A DNA stretch of 64,000 nucleotides from Elsinoe ampelina (taxonomy: Eukaryota): positions 1 through 64,000 of the forward strand of contig ML992510.1 of assembly GCA_010093995.1 (NCBI GenBank). Direction: 5' to 3'. Below are positions 48,435 to 60,396 of this stretch, piece after piece. The first letter of the stretch is position 1. The number at the start of each line of letters is the position of its first letter. Made by a program: the position numbers and the translations under genes. The notes under the pieces were generated by a model, which worked only from the letters and a program-made list of their open reading frames with translations, was not told where the DNA came from and made no database searches.

Positions 48435-49668
48435 CTAGCTGCAAGTACCGAACCCGGGCTGGCATCCACCACCGCAATGGTCGACGCTGCTCCCGCACCA
48501 TCCCCATTGGCTACAGCAGCTGCCCGTACCTGACGGGGCACCCAAGCAGGTACGTCCGTTGGCACCACACTGTCCGTCGATGGTGGTGGGGAGACCAGGG
48601 TTGTTGGTGGGGGTGTTACCTGGAGCCGAGGAGGTGGTCGATGGAGGAGGAGTGGTGCTGCCGCCGTTGCAGGTGGTAGTGCCTGGTGCGGCGCGGTACC
48701 AATTCTCGGCTGGGTCGCCGAGACACTCGCCGACGGTGACGAAGCGGTAGCCTGCGCGCTGGCCTTCTTGAAGCATGTGCTCGGTCAGACGCTGGACGGT
48801 GACCTGGTGGATGTCGTGGGCGAGGACGAGGGCGTTGCGAGGATTCTTTGGCGAGCCATCGGCGTTGAAGAAGTAGTCCGAGTAGATCTTCTTGGCGTTG
48901 TCGATGTCGTTGGTCGCTGGGTTGGTGTAGCGCCAGTCGTTGGTGTCGAGGTCGACGCTGATGGTGTGGTAGCCGAGTCCGCCGAGGCGGGTCTCGCACT
49001 GACCGTCGCATTCGAGGTAGGGAGGACGAAGGTAGGTTGGGACCACGCCGATGAGGTTGCGGATGGCCATCTCATTGTAGAAGATCTGGTTCTTGAAGCT
49101 TGTCTCGTCCAGACCGTTGAGAGATGGGTGGGTCCAGGTGTGGTGGCCGATTTGATGTCCAGCTGTGTATGCCCTTCTTACAACAGCCTGGTAGTTGCCG
49201 GAGCCGGAGCCACAGCTGTCCATACCACCGGGCTGTCCATTGTTGCCAGCTGGGAGCAGTCAGTATGTGAAAATCTCGAGTCATCTGATTGTGGGACTCA
49301 CCAACGAAGAGAGTTGCCTTGGCATTGTACCTCGCCAGAATGTCAAGCAGCTCGGATGTGTAGACTGAAGGACCGTCGTCAAAGGTCAAGGCGATTGTCC
49401 TGTCGGCGGTACAGCTGCGGATGGTAGCACCGAATGGAACATTGCCTCTTCTCGAGCGGTCGATGAATTCGGTGGTCTCGCCAACAGGGACGGTACCTGA
49501 TTGACGTTTCGCTAGAGAAGCAAAGTACTGCTTCTTTGCCTCGAGCTGCTCGTCGGCTCCGCTGGCACTGCGAGCCTTGAGGTGGTAAAAGTGAGGCTCC
49601 TTTGGCGAGCTCTCCGGAAGAGCATTGGCAACAGCCAGAAGTGAGAAGAGGAGGCTCTTTGAAACCAT
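48435..49668 (-). CDS. Secreted chitin deacetylase (CE4) with C-terminal CBM18/hevein domain, 2 exons
   Basis: Signal peptide; CE4 motifs TFDDGP, HTWTHP, RPPY, DTNDW, LAHDIH; hevein-type CG...C...CCSQWGWCG....C..GCQ..FGTC. Confidence 0.93.
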
Positions 49669-51367
49669 GTTGGCTGTGAACGAGTGACTGTCAAGTGAGG
49701 AGAAAGTTCAAGGGTCGTCCGAAAGAAGAAGTGAGTGTGGTGGAAGAAGTGAAGAAACACCCACAGACTATATATCAATGTCCACGTTAGGCGAGAGTGG
49801 AAAAAAACTCGAGCAAAAAAGGCACAGTACCACTAGTCATGCAGATCTTCGTATACCAGAAATCCTTATCCTTCATAGCGCGCGCGTGGCGGGTCCCGAG
49901 TGACCCAAAAGATGACACTCTATGCAGGCAGGAAAGGCACCGCCATCCTCATGAGTTCGCCCATACAAGGCAGCGGTTCACCAGAAGTGGATCCTCTGCT
50001 GCGTCAATGGCACGAGGTCATTCGCTGGTGCCTCTACGACCCTTGTGTTCATCAGTTTCGGTATAGGGCTGGCTGGGAGACACTAGACGGCCTCTTCATT
50101 TCCACGCCCAGCACCTGCGCCGCTGCAGGGAGGAAGGAGCACATGGAAGGAACAAGCAGGGCGGCGTCCCATGATTCGGGACAGGTGGTTGGCCTGGGCG
50201 AGCGGGCTTGGACGGGCAGGGCGCTAGCGCAGATCATGGCATCGCAACCAAGCGGAAATCAGAGGAAACGCTGGGTGGAAATCTCTCAATGCTGGTCTGT
50301 GGGTCCCCCGAGTTTCGCTTCCTCCGCTTCCCATCCTCGGCAGCATCTTCCAAGATAGGGCATAGTGCGATCGACTCGACCTCTATCCATCTTTCGACAA
50401 TCTTGCTCCGCTTACTCAAGACCAAGGAGTTTCACTCGTGCTCCAGTCTATATCACACCGTATCCGACGCAAAATGTGACGGTCAGACTGTCATCTCCTG
50501 ACGGAAAGCCCTGCATGGTACTTGACTGTACTATTGCCAGACTCAAATGAAGCGTCATCTCGCTCGTGTTGACCGTGCATGCCAAGCAGGACCGTCGGCG
50601 AGCGGAAACCCAAATGTGGCGTCTCGCGCGTGGTGCTTTCGTCTTTAGCCTCTATCTACTGCAGGCGATGTTGCCTGCAAGTCACGGTCGGGTGATTTCT
50701 TTTCTGCGCCGAGTGCGGCAAGGTTCCCACGAGTTTGGTGAGGAACGGTACGGTGAGTACTTTTTTGGCAGGGCAGGTGGAAACTCCGGATGATCCCATG
50801 CAGGGAATTCAGAAAAACAATTGCATTGTGGATGCTGTGTTATCGATGGTGGGCTGGTGTTTGTGACACACATACATGACGACTGTATGTAGGACATCTA
50901 CTTGATGCAGCGCGCACAAGACCACCGCATGGATGCCAATAGTCTTGTGTACAACACCGCTGTCACTGTCATCCTTCATTTCCGGATTCCACCATGCGCC
51001 GCTTTATCGTTTCATTTTACTCAGTCTTTGTCGCGCTGCGGCACATGCGCGGGGCCCTACCTTCTTCGACCTCGGAACGACAAGTGCTTGGCTGATTGTT
51101 AGCTAGGTGAGACTTTCTCTTCGCTTGACTTGACAGTGCAGTGTTGCTGGGCATATGTCAAAGAAGTTAGGGCCTATGCAGGCATTGCGGAAGAAGTGTT
51201 CGGCTTCGCAGAAGTACTGTACTCGCGCATCGACACGTGACCTCTCTTCTATTCAGGCTTCCTATTCTTCATTTCCTTCCGTCAGATCACGACCATTCTT
51301 GTCGTCGTCCTCGGTGCGAGTATCAGGCAACCCCGCTAGCTCAACTTTCCTTCTTGTCACCATGACA

Positions 51368-52986
51368 CTATCGTCCCATCTTCTTCACCTCCATGTATCG
51401 CAACGGCGCATAAACCAATCCCGCCCAAGCAAATCCCACGTAATTGCCGAGCTGTGTCCGTCGTCAGTCATCTTCGTGTACACCTGACCACGCTGCCTTT
51501 TACTCACATCGGCTCCATAATCTCCCATGAGCGCTGCAATAGGTCCAATATACCACACCTGAGCCATGCACAGTATACTGCCAGCCCAACCTATCAAAAA
51601 AGCGGTGAGTGCAGCGGCACCTAGCGGCATCCTATTCTTGTCATTCCACGCATCCCAATCCCATCCAACTTTGCCGCGTCGGAAGAGGAAATGCTCTTCG
51701 AGGAAAATGGCCACCCATATTGCTACCCAATATCCCATCAGCGCTAAGAAATTCGTAAAAATGGCCGCTAGGCTACTCCGTCCTGCAATGGCACACACGG
51801 TGTAAATGATCACGCCAAGCAAATTCCAGACAATACGAGGTATCTGCAGGAACCACCCGCCTAGAACCTGAAAGTCAACGCTACTGCTGTACGTCGGGAC
51901 GATCATGTTGGAAATAAGGCCGAGTGCCACAATGACCGAGCAGAATGACCCGAATGCTCCGAGAGGTGCGTATCCTTCTACCAGTAGTGCTCCTTGCGAG
52001 ATGGCATATGATTCACCCCATTCCGGGACCGTATTGACGCCTGATGCGAGGCCGATCCCGACCATAAAGGCAAAAGTAAACGACACAGTCAGGCCGGCCA
52101 TGGTCATGCTGAACACTTTCCATCTTGGAGTCTCCTCGGGATAGTAGACGAAATAATCCGCTGCGCCGCCCGAGTAGGTGATTGCAGCTGCAAGGCACAA
52201 ACTAAAGAATGATACCCTATGGCCGACAATAGTCATGGGGTTGCCTTGAGAAGGTGTCGTGAGATCGAAACGAGGACCTGCTACACCAGCCAAGATCGAG
52301 AGGACGATCAGTTGAGGTAACCAGGAGTACCGCTCGTAGTAGTGGAAGATGCTGTAGCCAAAGGTGGTGACTCCCCAGGTGATTGCGCTTGTGATGACGA
52401 TCCCGACGATTGTTGACATTGATCCTCCCGGAGATACTGCTGATAGAATTTGACCAGCAATCACAGCGTCGATCAGAGCATACCCAAGCAACACGATAAG
52501 ATTGAGCAAAACCACAAGCTTTGCAGGGTACCATCCCATCGAGTACCTCGCCAGCACCATACTCCTGTTACCACTTCGAGGCCCGAAGGTAGCAAAGTAT
52601 GCCACAGGAAAGCATCCTACTAGCATGCCAAAGACGGCACACAAAGAGCTATCCAGGAACGAGAGCGAAAACGCTGCAGGACCAAGCATACCCAGAGTGA
52701 CATTGTTGGCGGCCAGATTCACACTGAGCCAGAAGAGTGCGATCTGAGTATACCCAAGATTCTTAATGCTGTGGCGTTCAGAAGGCTCAACACGCTGAAT
52801 GCCTCTGGCCTCGAGATTGTAGTACGCGACAGTCTGCTCGAACCGCTTCAGGCTTGTCACAACTTTCGCCCATAATCCAGTGGATTGACCAGGACCACCA
52901 TTGGCAGTCGTCACCCCAGCTGGCGCGAGGACTGGGGCTCCTTTCTCCTCATCCCGAGATTGCTGGCGTTGAGCATGTTCCGACAT
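51368..52986 (-). CDS. NCS1 (purine-cytosine permease, Fcy2-like) transporter; probable thiamine/thiamine-precursor carrier
   Basis: LEARGIQRV, WLSVN, FGPRSGNRSMVLARYSMG, ADYFVYYPE, FLALMGYW, CMAQVWYIGP; multiple TM helices. The last exon LGNYVGF...KKMGR* follows an intron near 51450-51506. Confidence 0.9.
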
Positions 52987-53040
52987 TGTACGCAATCAGA
53001 CCTGTCGACAGTCAGCTGCCAACTAGAAAACGGTAAGCAG

Positions 53041-53140
53041 AGCATGATTTTCTTTCGCTGGAATTATCCAGATCAAGTTCAACCGTGTAATCTCAGAACA
53101 CTCGACTCGTGAAGAATCGAGTGAACACCGGTCTCATGCT
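53041..53140 (-). promoter_or_regulatory. TPP (thiamine pyrophosphate) riboswitch aptamer in the 5'-UTR intron
   Basis: Minus strand reads AGCAUGAGACCGGUGUU-CACUCGAUUC UUCAC GAGUCGAGUG-UUCUGAGAUUACACGGUUGAACUUGAUCUGGAUAAUUCCAGCGAAAGAAAAUCAUGCU. P1, P2, P3, CUGAGA, P4/P5 and GCGAAAG are all present. Confidence 0.96.
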
Positions 53141-53699
53141 TTTCGCAACAATACCTGAGATCATTTGATAGTCGCCCTGTCTGGATAGCCCGTTGGTCGA
53201 GATGCATGCCGTGACATGGTGACTACCTTTTGAGTCGTGTCCGGTCCTTCGCTGGTTTGTATCTCGTTTTGATTCAATTGTTTCAAAGGTAATCGGCAAT
53301 GATGACTCGCTTTTGTGAAGCAAAAAAATTGATGGCGGGGTGATGTCGACAAGATTGCCCCTCCGGTATCCCCCCCCGCAATTTTTTCAACCATTTGCCA
53401 GCCAATCGGGGTCCTTTCAACAAAGCATGACGTCGGGCTTCAATTGTGACCGCCCACTGTGCTCTGCACCTTATTACACCCGACCTACAACCTGCAATAT
53501 ACATACCTGAACTGGTCGCGACAGAGTTCGTAGCACCTGCGCGAATACATCACCTCTGACAGTCCTGCCCCCAGCATGAGCCACACCTCCATATCACACA
53601 CCACCTCAGCGCTCTCTCGACGACGATAGCATCACCACCACCACACCGCCCGTCAACCCCCCTCCACCACTAGCCCCCCTCCACCTCCCCCCTTCCAAA

Positions 53700-54953
53700 A
53701 TGAAACTCATCAAACAATCCATCGACGCCCGCACCCTCTCCGGCAGCGCCACCCTCCTCCCCACCTCCTCAGAAGACATGTGGTCCGCGCACAACCTCAT
53801 CTCACCAGGCGACCGCCTACGCGCCAGTGCCATCCGACGCGTGACCACCCAAGCCGCCTCCACCGGCTCTACGGTCTCGCAACGGGTCCACATAACCCTC
53901 ACCATCGCCGTCACGTCCGTCGACTTCGACGCCCGCGCCTCGGAGCTGCACGTCTCCGGCCGCGTCGCGAATGAGAATCCCCACGTCAAGCTGGGCCAGT
54001 TCCACACGCTGGATCTGGAGCTGAATCGGAATTTCACGCTCGAGAAGGAGGACGGGTGGGATAGTGTTGCGCTGCAGACGTTGAGGGAGGCGTGTGATAC
54101 GGAAAACAGGGCCGAGGTGTGGGCGGTGTTGATTGAGGAGGGATTGGCGAACTTGTGTGTGGTGAGCGAGGGGACGACGGTGGTGAGGCAGACTGTGACG
54201 ACGAGGATGGGGGATAAGACGTTGCCGGGGTATGGGAGTGCGGTGGAGAGGTTCTTTAGGAAGGTGCTGGATACGTTGGTCCGGGCGGTGGATTTTGGGG
54301 AGTTGAAGCCTGTGTTGGTGGCGGGCGTGGGGTATACGGGGCAGAAGTTTTTGGCGTTTGTGAAGGATCAGGCGCAGAAGACGGGGGGAAAGGGGAGGAG
54401 TGGGGATGGGAAGGAACTGAGGGCGTTGTTGGACAAGATTGTGTTGGAGAGGGCGACGAACGCGAGTCTGGGGGCGTTGAAGGAGGTGCTGGCCAGTCCG
54501 GGGGTGCAGAAGAGATTGAGTGATACACGGTTTGCGAGGGAGACGGGGTTGCTGGACAAGATGTTTGAGAGGATGAGGAAGGATGATGGGAGGGTGGTCT
54601 ATGGTCCGAACGAGGTGATCAAAGCTGTCGACGCTGGGGCCGTGGGGAGAGGAGGCGGAGTTCTGCTCATCAGCGATGAGCTATTCCGCAGCTTAGAGGT
54701 TGGTGAGAGGAAGAAGTGGGTGTCCCTTGTGGACCGGGTGAAGGACAGAGAAGGCGGCGAGGTCCGCGTGCTGAGCAGTATGCACGAGAGCGGAAACCGA
54801 CTCAAAGGTGTAGGTGGAGTAGCAGCGCTCCTGACCTTTCCCATTTTCGACGAAGACGAGCTGGAGGGTGGTGCTGTGCAAGGTCAAGGCGCGCAAGCCG
54901 ATGGAGCGGCAGATGGCGATCAAGGGGATCCTCTGGGCGAAATTGAGATGTGA
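53700..54953 (+). CDS. DOM34: Pelota/Dom34 ribosome-rescue factor (divergent middle domain)
   Basis: MKLIK...LLP...EDMW.AHNLI.PGDRLRASAIRRV, GQFHTLDLELNRNFTLEK..GWD, YGP.EV..A...GAV, SSMHESG. Confidence 0.92.
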   Translation: MKLIKQSIDARTLSGSATLLPTSSEDMWSAHNLISPGDRLRASAIRRVTTQAASTGSTVSQRVHITLTIAVTSVDFDARASELHVSGRVANENPHVKLGQFHTLDLELNRNFTLEKEDGWDSVALQTLREACDTENRAEVWAVLIEEGLANLCVVSEGTTVVRQTVTTRMGDKTLPGYGSAVERFFRKVLDTLVRAVDFGELKPVLVAGVGYTGQKFLAFVKDQAQKTGGKGRSGDGKELRALLDKIVLERATNASLGALKEVLASPGVQKRLSDTRFARETGLLDKMFERMRKDDGRVVYGPNEVIKAVDAGAVGRGGGVLLISDELFRSLEVGERKKWVSLVDRVKDREGGEVRVLSSMHESGNRLKGVGGVAALLTFPIFDEDELEGGAVQGQGAQADGAADGDQGDPLGEIEM

Positions 54954-55487
54954 GGCGCATGCTTCGTCTTCCCATTCAGATGACGAGCGGCTGCGTTGCA
55001 CGACCGAGATCGAATCTCTCTGCTTTGAGCTATAGACGAAGGACATAGCGACCAGCGTCGTTGGACGGACGGATCCGAAGCTGGGCAAAGGAGGTGAGGA
55101 CTGATCTCCAAGCACATGGTGGGCCCTTACATGTCCTGCAGGTGGCGGTAAGAAGTTTTACCAGACCCCTTCCTCACGAAGTGCGAGTCGTCCCACGATT
55201 CGAGCTACCAAGCCAGGTCTACCCTCCCTAGTAGCTCTGGTGAGCGCAGCATGAAGCCCCTGAGGTCACCACATGTCATGAAGCAACCTACGGCGGGTTG
55301 GTCAGATCTAGCTGGCATGATCAAGGCGAGACGATTGACGCTACAGCAAACTGGAACTGCCTTGCGGCAAATGCACTATGCCAATCAATACCAGGATGCG
55401 GTATGTGTCAGACTCCCATGAATGCAAACTATACATAACCCTTACCCTTTTTACCTTACCCGTCCCATCGCCCTTCTCATCGGCGAC

Positions 55488-58400
55488 CTAGGCAAGCTGC
55501 GCCCTCAAACTATACACCTCAAAAGCCCTCACCTCCACCGCCACACTATTATCCCTGACTTCCAGCTCCTCCTCATCGTCCTCGAGCAAGTTACACCTGT
55601 ACACCTTCTTCACCTTGACATCCCCAAACTTGACAATCCCCCTCGCCTGACCACCAAGACTATCATAGATCCTCAGCACGACACTCTTGCCCTTTCTCAC
55701 CGGCAAACCAGTGTAGCCCTTGTCGTCCGCCAACCCACTGGAAGGCGCGACATCCTCGTCGTCTTCGGCGCGCTTGATGGTGTCCAGCACGAGACCTCGA
55801 TCAGCGTCCGAGTTGGGGATGAGTTTGAAGCTCTTGTTCAACAACGACTCCACGCTGGCGATGTCGTGGTGCCCGCGGATCCGCGTGGGGAAATTGAATT
55901 CAAACCCGGCCTTGACTGTCTTTTCACCTAGAGGACCAACGTGAGGCATGATAGCCCAGCGGATCTTGTGCTTGCCCATATCCGCGTGGGCGTCGGGAGC
56001 CTTGGGGCTGCGGAGGAGGGAGAGACGCATGAGGCTGCCAGCCGTCGCGAAGCCGTATTTGGAGTCGTTGAGGACGGACACGCCGTAATTGGATTCGCTG
56101 AGGTCGGCGAATTTGTGGCAGCAGACTTCGAATTTGGCCATGTCCCAGGAGGTGTTGTAATGGGTTGGCCGTTCGATCAGGCCAAATTGGGTTTCGTAGG
56201 TGGCGGTTTGGGATCGGAGGGTGGTGGGGAACTCGACCTTGAGGAATTTCATGGTCTCGTGCCAGTCGACTTCTGCGGTGGTCTCGACGTAAGAGTTGAT
56301 CAGTGAGTCGGGGTCGGATGGGTCGTGGTTGAGGGAGATTGTTGTGAAGATGCTGGATTTGTCGGAGATGATGGTCTTGGTTTCCAACGACACACGAGTC
56401 GATGAGGAGACGACAATGCGGGATCTGGAGTTGGACTTGAGTTCCTGGCGAGACTCGAGATGGAAGACTTCCACATCCCATGCTTGCCAGTACAGAGGCT
56501 TGTCGTCAAAGAGGACGAGCTGATTGGCTTTGGCACCCTTGGGCAGAACTTCTCGTGACGCCCGTTTGTCGTAGATGCTGGTGATGACACCATTGCTGAC
56601 CTCCACGTCGAAAACTGTGTTGGAAAGTAGGAAGATGTCGGCACTCTTCTCCCGAATAGATGCACCCTTCGAGTAGGACACCGGCACTACCTTGGACACG
56701 CTCTGGCCAGACTCTGCCATGTAGAACTCTTCCTGGCCATCAGCAGTGACGGCTCGAGAAAGGTTTGAGCGGTCCCAGCCAAGGGTGTTGAGCGCGTATC
56801 CTTTATTGGCGATCTTTTCCTTGAAACCTAGCGCCGACAAGGCATCGTGTAAGAGCTTCTCCCCTGTCTTGAAGACTTGAGCATAGATCTGAGAGAGTCA
56901 GTACGTCGACTGTGCTAACATTCATTTCGACCGACCTCATCCGAATCATCGTAGCACATCTCGATACAACTTCCCGGCAAGCAGTCGTGGAATTGGCAGA
57001 GTAGCACATTCTCCCACATCTCATCTATCTCCTTCTTTGGGTACTTATAACCAGTGACCATGCCCGTAACGGATTCTTGGATACTTGCAAGCGTCGCGTA
57101 GTACTCAATGTCGTGTAGTAGGATCTCGGAGTGTCTGTTGTTCCACTTGTTGTTCGCCTGCGTGGTGTAGGTACCTCTGTGCAATTCGAAGTAGAGTTCA
57201 CCATACCAGGTGACAAAGGGCGTGCTCTCTTGCTTCTTCTCCAACGCGGCAAAGAATTCATCGACAGACTCTGCGATCTTCACTCTCGGAAGGCGGCCGA
57301 TCTTGTCTGCCATGCCTCTCTCGCGTCGTAGCTTCTCGATCTGTTCCCACGTCGGACCACCACCTCCATCACCCTTGCCAAAAGGCAACAGAGATGTCGG
57401 ATCCTGGTCAAGAGACTTGTGCTGTGTGACACTGCGAGTGACATCACCGAAATGTGCGTCGGCAGTGTAGGTCTCGCATGGTGCCATGTGGCACAACACT
57501 TGACTGCCATCTAGCGATACCCAGTTGAAGGTGGTGTGCGGGAAATTGTTGATGTTGTTCCAGCTCAGCTTTTGGGTGAAGAACCTGTTCATGCCTGCAA
57601 GGCGACAGAGCTGCGGTAATTGGGTAGAATAGCCAAAGGTGTCAGGCAGCCAGAATGTTTGACAGCGTTGGCCAAATCTGCTCTCGAAATAACGCTGACC
57701 GTACACGAATTGACGCACGAGTGATTCACCACCTGGCATATTCGTGTCGTGCTCGACCCAGCTGCCTCCGATGGGCTGGAAAGTACCCTCCTTGACCTTT
57801 GACTTGACTCTGTCGAAAGCCGACGGGTAAATCTTCTCCAGCCATTTCCACTGCTGTGCTTGTGAGGCGACAAAACGATGCTCTGGGTATCGCTCGAGCA
57901 GATCGCACTGGTTCATCCAGGATCTGACAACCTTTCGCTTCGTCTCCGCAAAAGGCCACAGCCAGCAAGTATCGATGTGGCAGTTTCCTATCGCATTTAC
58001 AATAGCGGGGTTGTCATTGTCATACACCTTGGAAGAGTTGACGTTGCCAATGTATTCCTGAGCAATCTTTCTCCCAGCAACGATCGAATCATGGGTACCA
58101 CCGCCAGCGATGAAAGTGTCTATGATCCTGTTGCAAACTTGCTGCGCCTCGTGCTCCTCCCATGAATCTGTCGGGAACTCCCTGGCCGCATCACCGATGA
58201 TCCAGAAGTCGATATACAGCTGCCGAGCTTCCAGATCAATAGCCACGATATCCGCAGTATGTAGCTGGAAGTAACGGTCCTCTTTTGGTGGCTGTATACT
58301 GTCACCACCAGCGGCGTTGCCGAACATTGCATTGCAGGCCATCTCGACATAGAAGACATGGGTCTTGCCATCGTAGTACTTCTTTGGGAGGATCCACTGG

Positions 58401-58948
58401 GCACGTTCTCCGTTACCAGTCAGACCCTGAACCGGATCTCCGTCTTCCGTCCATACTAGGCCCTCGTTACCAGCGTCCCAGTGGAACTCCAAGTGGTTCT
58501 TGTCTGTCAACTCTTTCGGAACGGTGAGGTGTACTCGGAACCAGTGGGTGGTCCAGCTCGGCCCGAATGAGTCCCACTTCTTCGCGGGTTTGAAGTCGTG
58601 TGAGGTGGCCTCTTTGAAGGAAGGCCGCGATTGACCAGGGGGAGACCAGACCTCCAGCTTGACATGGGGGTCACCAGAGACTCGAGCTTCCTCGATCTTG
58701 CTGGAGGACGGTCAGGGGACGGTATCGGACTGCCATAGAATACCTACGCTACAAGGCCCTGCTCTCTGTATTGGCCGTTGTCTGTGAATTGGCGCAGTCT
58801 GCCTTGGTAGATGGAGTGTATCTGTCCATATTAGGCTCCAGCTCTAGCATGATCACTCTGGTCGATCTACCTGCTTTCCCTTTGGTCTCTCGGCCAGCTT
58901 GGGATAGCTAGCTGCGAGAGCTGACGTTGGCTTTGTTTCTCCGCCCAT
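55488..58948 (-). CDS. AMS1: Vacuolar/cytosolic alpha-mannosidase, GH38 (4 exons)
   Basis: FGPSWTTHWF, GNCHIDTCWLWP, WLPDTFGYS, GKGDGGGGP, ELYFELHRGTYT, QFHDCLPGS, RPTHYNTSWD.AKFEVC. Confidence 0.95.
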
Positions 58949-59269
58949 GTTTGCAGGATTGTATACAGAGGAAGAAGGCTGCCTCAAGGTGAGGAGGGGT
59001 GTTTCGAAGCTCTGCCCTGTTCAGGTCCATCTCAAGTTACCCCAGGTGACGCCGTTAGCTCCGCACTGGCGCTGCACTTCTGACTAGCCTAAACCAACTT
59101 AGCGTCGATCCATATTGGTCGGAGTTCGGGAGTCCTGCATGACGGAGATCGCTACTGAGAGCCTCGGTTGATGGCCCCGCATCATCACCCTTGCACCATG
59201 AAGCTGACGATCCGAAAGTGACGGGAATGACATATTTCTTCCCTTGCACTTTGAGGATATGGCCAGAAC

Positions 59270-60396
59270 ATGGCCTATCTGTCGCCTACTTCCGCCGTAA
59301 GTCGCCCACGTAGCGCAATCAAGACGCGATTTCTAACACTGATCAGGCCGCTCTAGCACGATTGCGCGCGTTCGTACCTCCGCCGACAAACTATCACTCT
59401 TTACCGATCACAAGACGAGCCGCAGTGCTGATCCTCTTATTCGCTGACCGAAGCGGAGGACTGCGAGTTGTGCTCACAATCCGGAGTACGAAGCTAAGAA
59501 ACTATGCTGGACAGGCCGCACTCCCAGGTGGAAAGGCCGACTCGTTAGAAGAATCACCATGGCAAACCGCTCGACGAGAGGCTTGGGAGGAGATTGGCCT
59601 GCCGATAGGAGAAGGCGAAATCATGAAAGGTTGGAAAGTGGAAAGACTCGGCGAATTGCCATGCAACCTGGCCGTGACAGAACTGGGAGTCCGACCATGC
59701 GTGGGTTACCTCTCGCCCTCAGTGCCCAGTGCGGGAGATGCAACGAATGCATCGAGGAAGAGCAACGACTCGCCGGACCCGGTGAAGGACCTGCTCCCGA
59801 CTCTGGATGCAAAAGAGGTTGCCGCAGTGTTCACCGCGCCATTTCACAATTTCCTCAGGAAAGAGGATGAAGATCCGAAAGTCAGGAGAAAAGTCCCTGG
59901 CAAATGGTACAACGGCACCTGGGTTAGTTGGCACGAAGAGGCTTGGAGAATGCATCAGTTCTTCGTGCCGAAAGGACTCGTATTCCGAAGCGAAGAGGAG
60001 CAGACGGGCGACGAAGACAATCCAGCAATTGGGGATACAAATGCATCTGTATCCGGTGCTGCAAATGGCAATGTTGACGGTAGTCAGTCGCGCCAAGGAA
60101 AGGGACCAAGTCTCAGAAACAAGGTCGTGGAGGAAGCGCGAACAAAAGAGAAAGAGGCTGCTCCGGCAGTGGACCCTCTGGACGAAGCGAGATACAAGGT
60201 CTTTGGCATGACCGCCAGGATACTGGTTGATGCTGCGAGAGTAGCATACGGCGAAGAGCCTGATTACGAGCACAACAGCCACTTTGGAGACGAGGATATG
60301 ATTACTCGACTCATGAAGATGGGACGATTGGCTCCGATCAAGAAGGAAGGAGAACGACTGACGAGAGATGTAATGTCTGCTGCTGCCAAGATGTGA
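59270..60396 (+). CDS. Nudix CoA pyrophosphatase (PCD1/NUDT7-like), probably peroxisomal; 2 exons
   Basis: RRAAVLILLF, LTIRS.KLRNYAGQAALPGGK...TARREAWEEIG, VFGMTA; ends in PTS1-like AKM*. Confidence 0.88.

Noticed and set aside
33552..53140. Thiamine/purine metabolic gene cluster (amidase, APRT, RidA, NCS1 permease)
   Set aside because: The genes are far apart and interspersed with unrelated housekeeping genes; only the permease has a thiamine signal.
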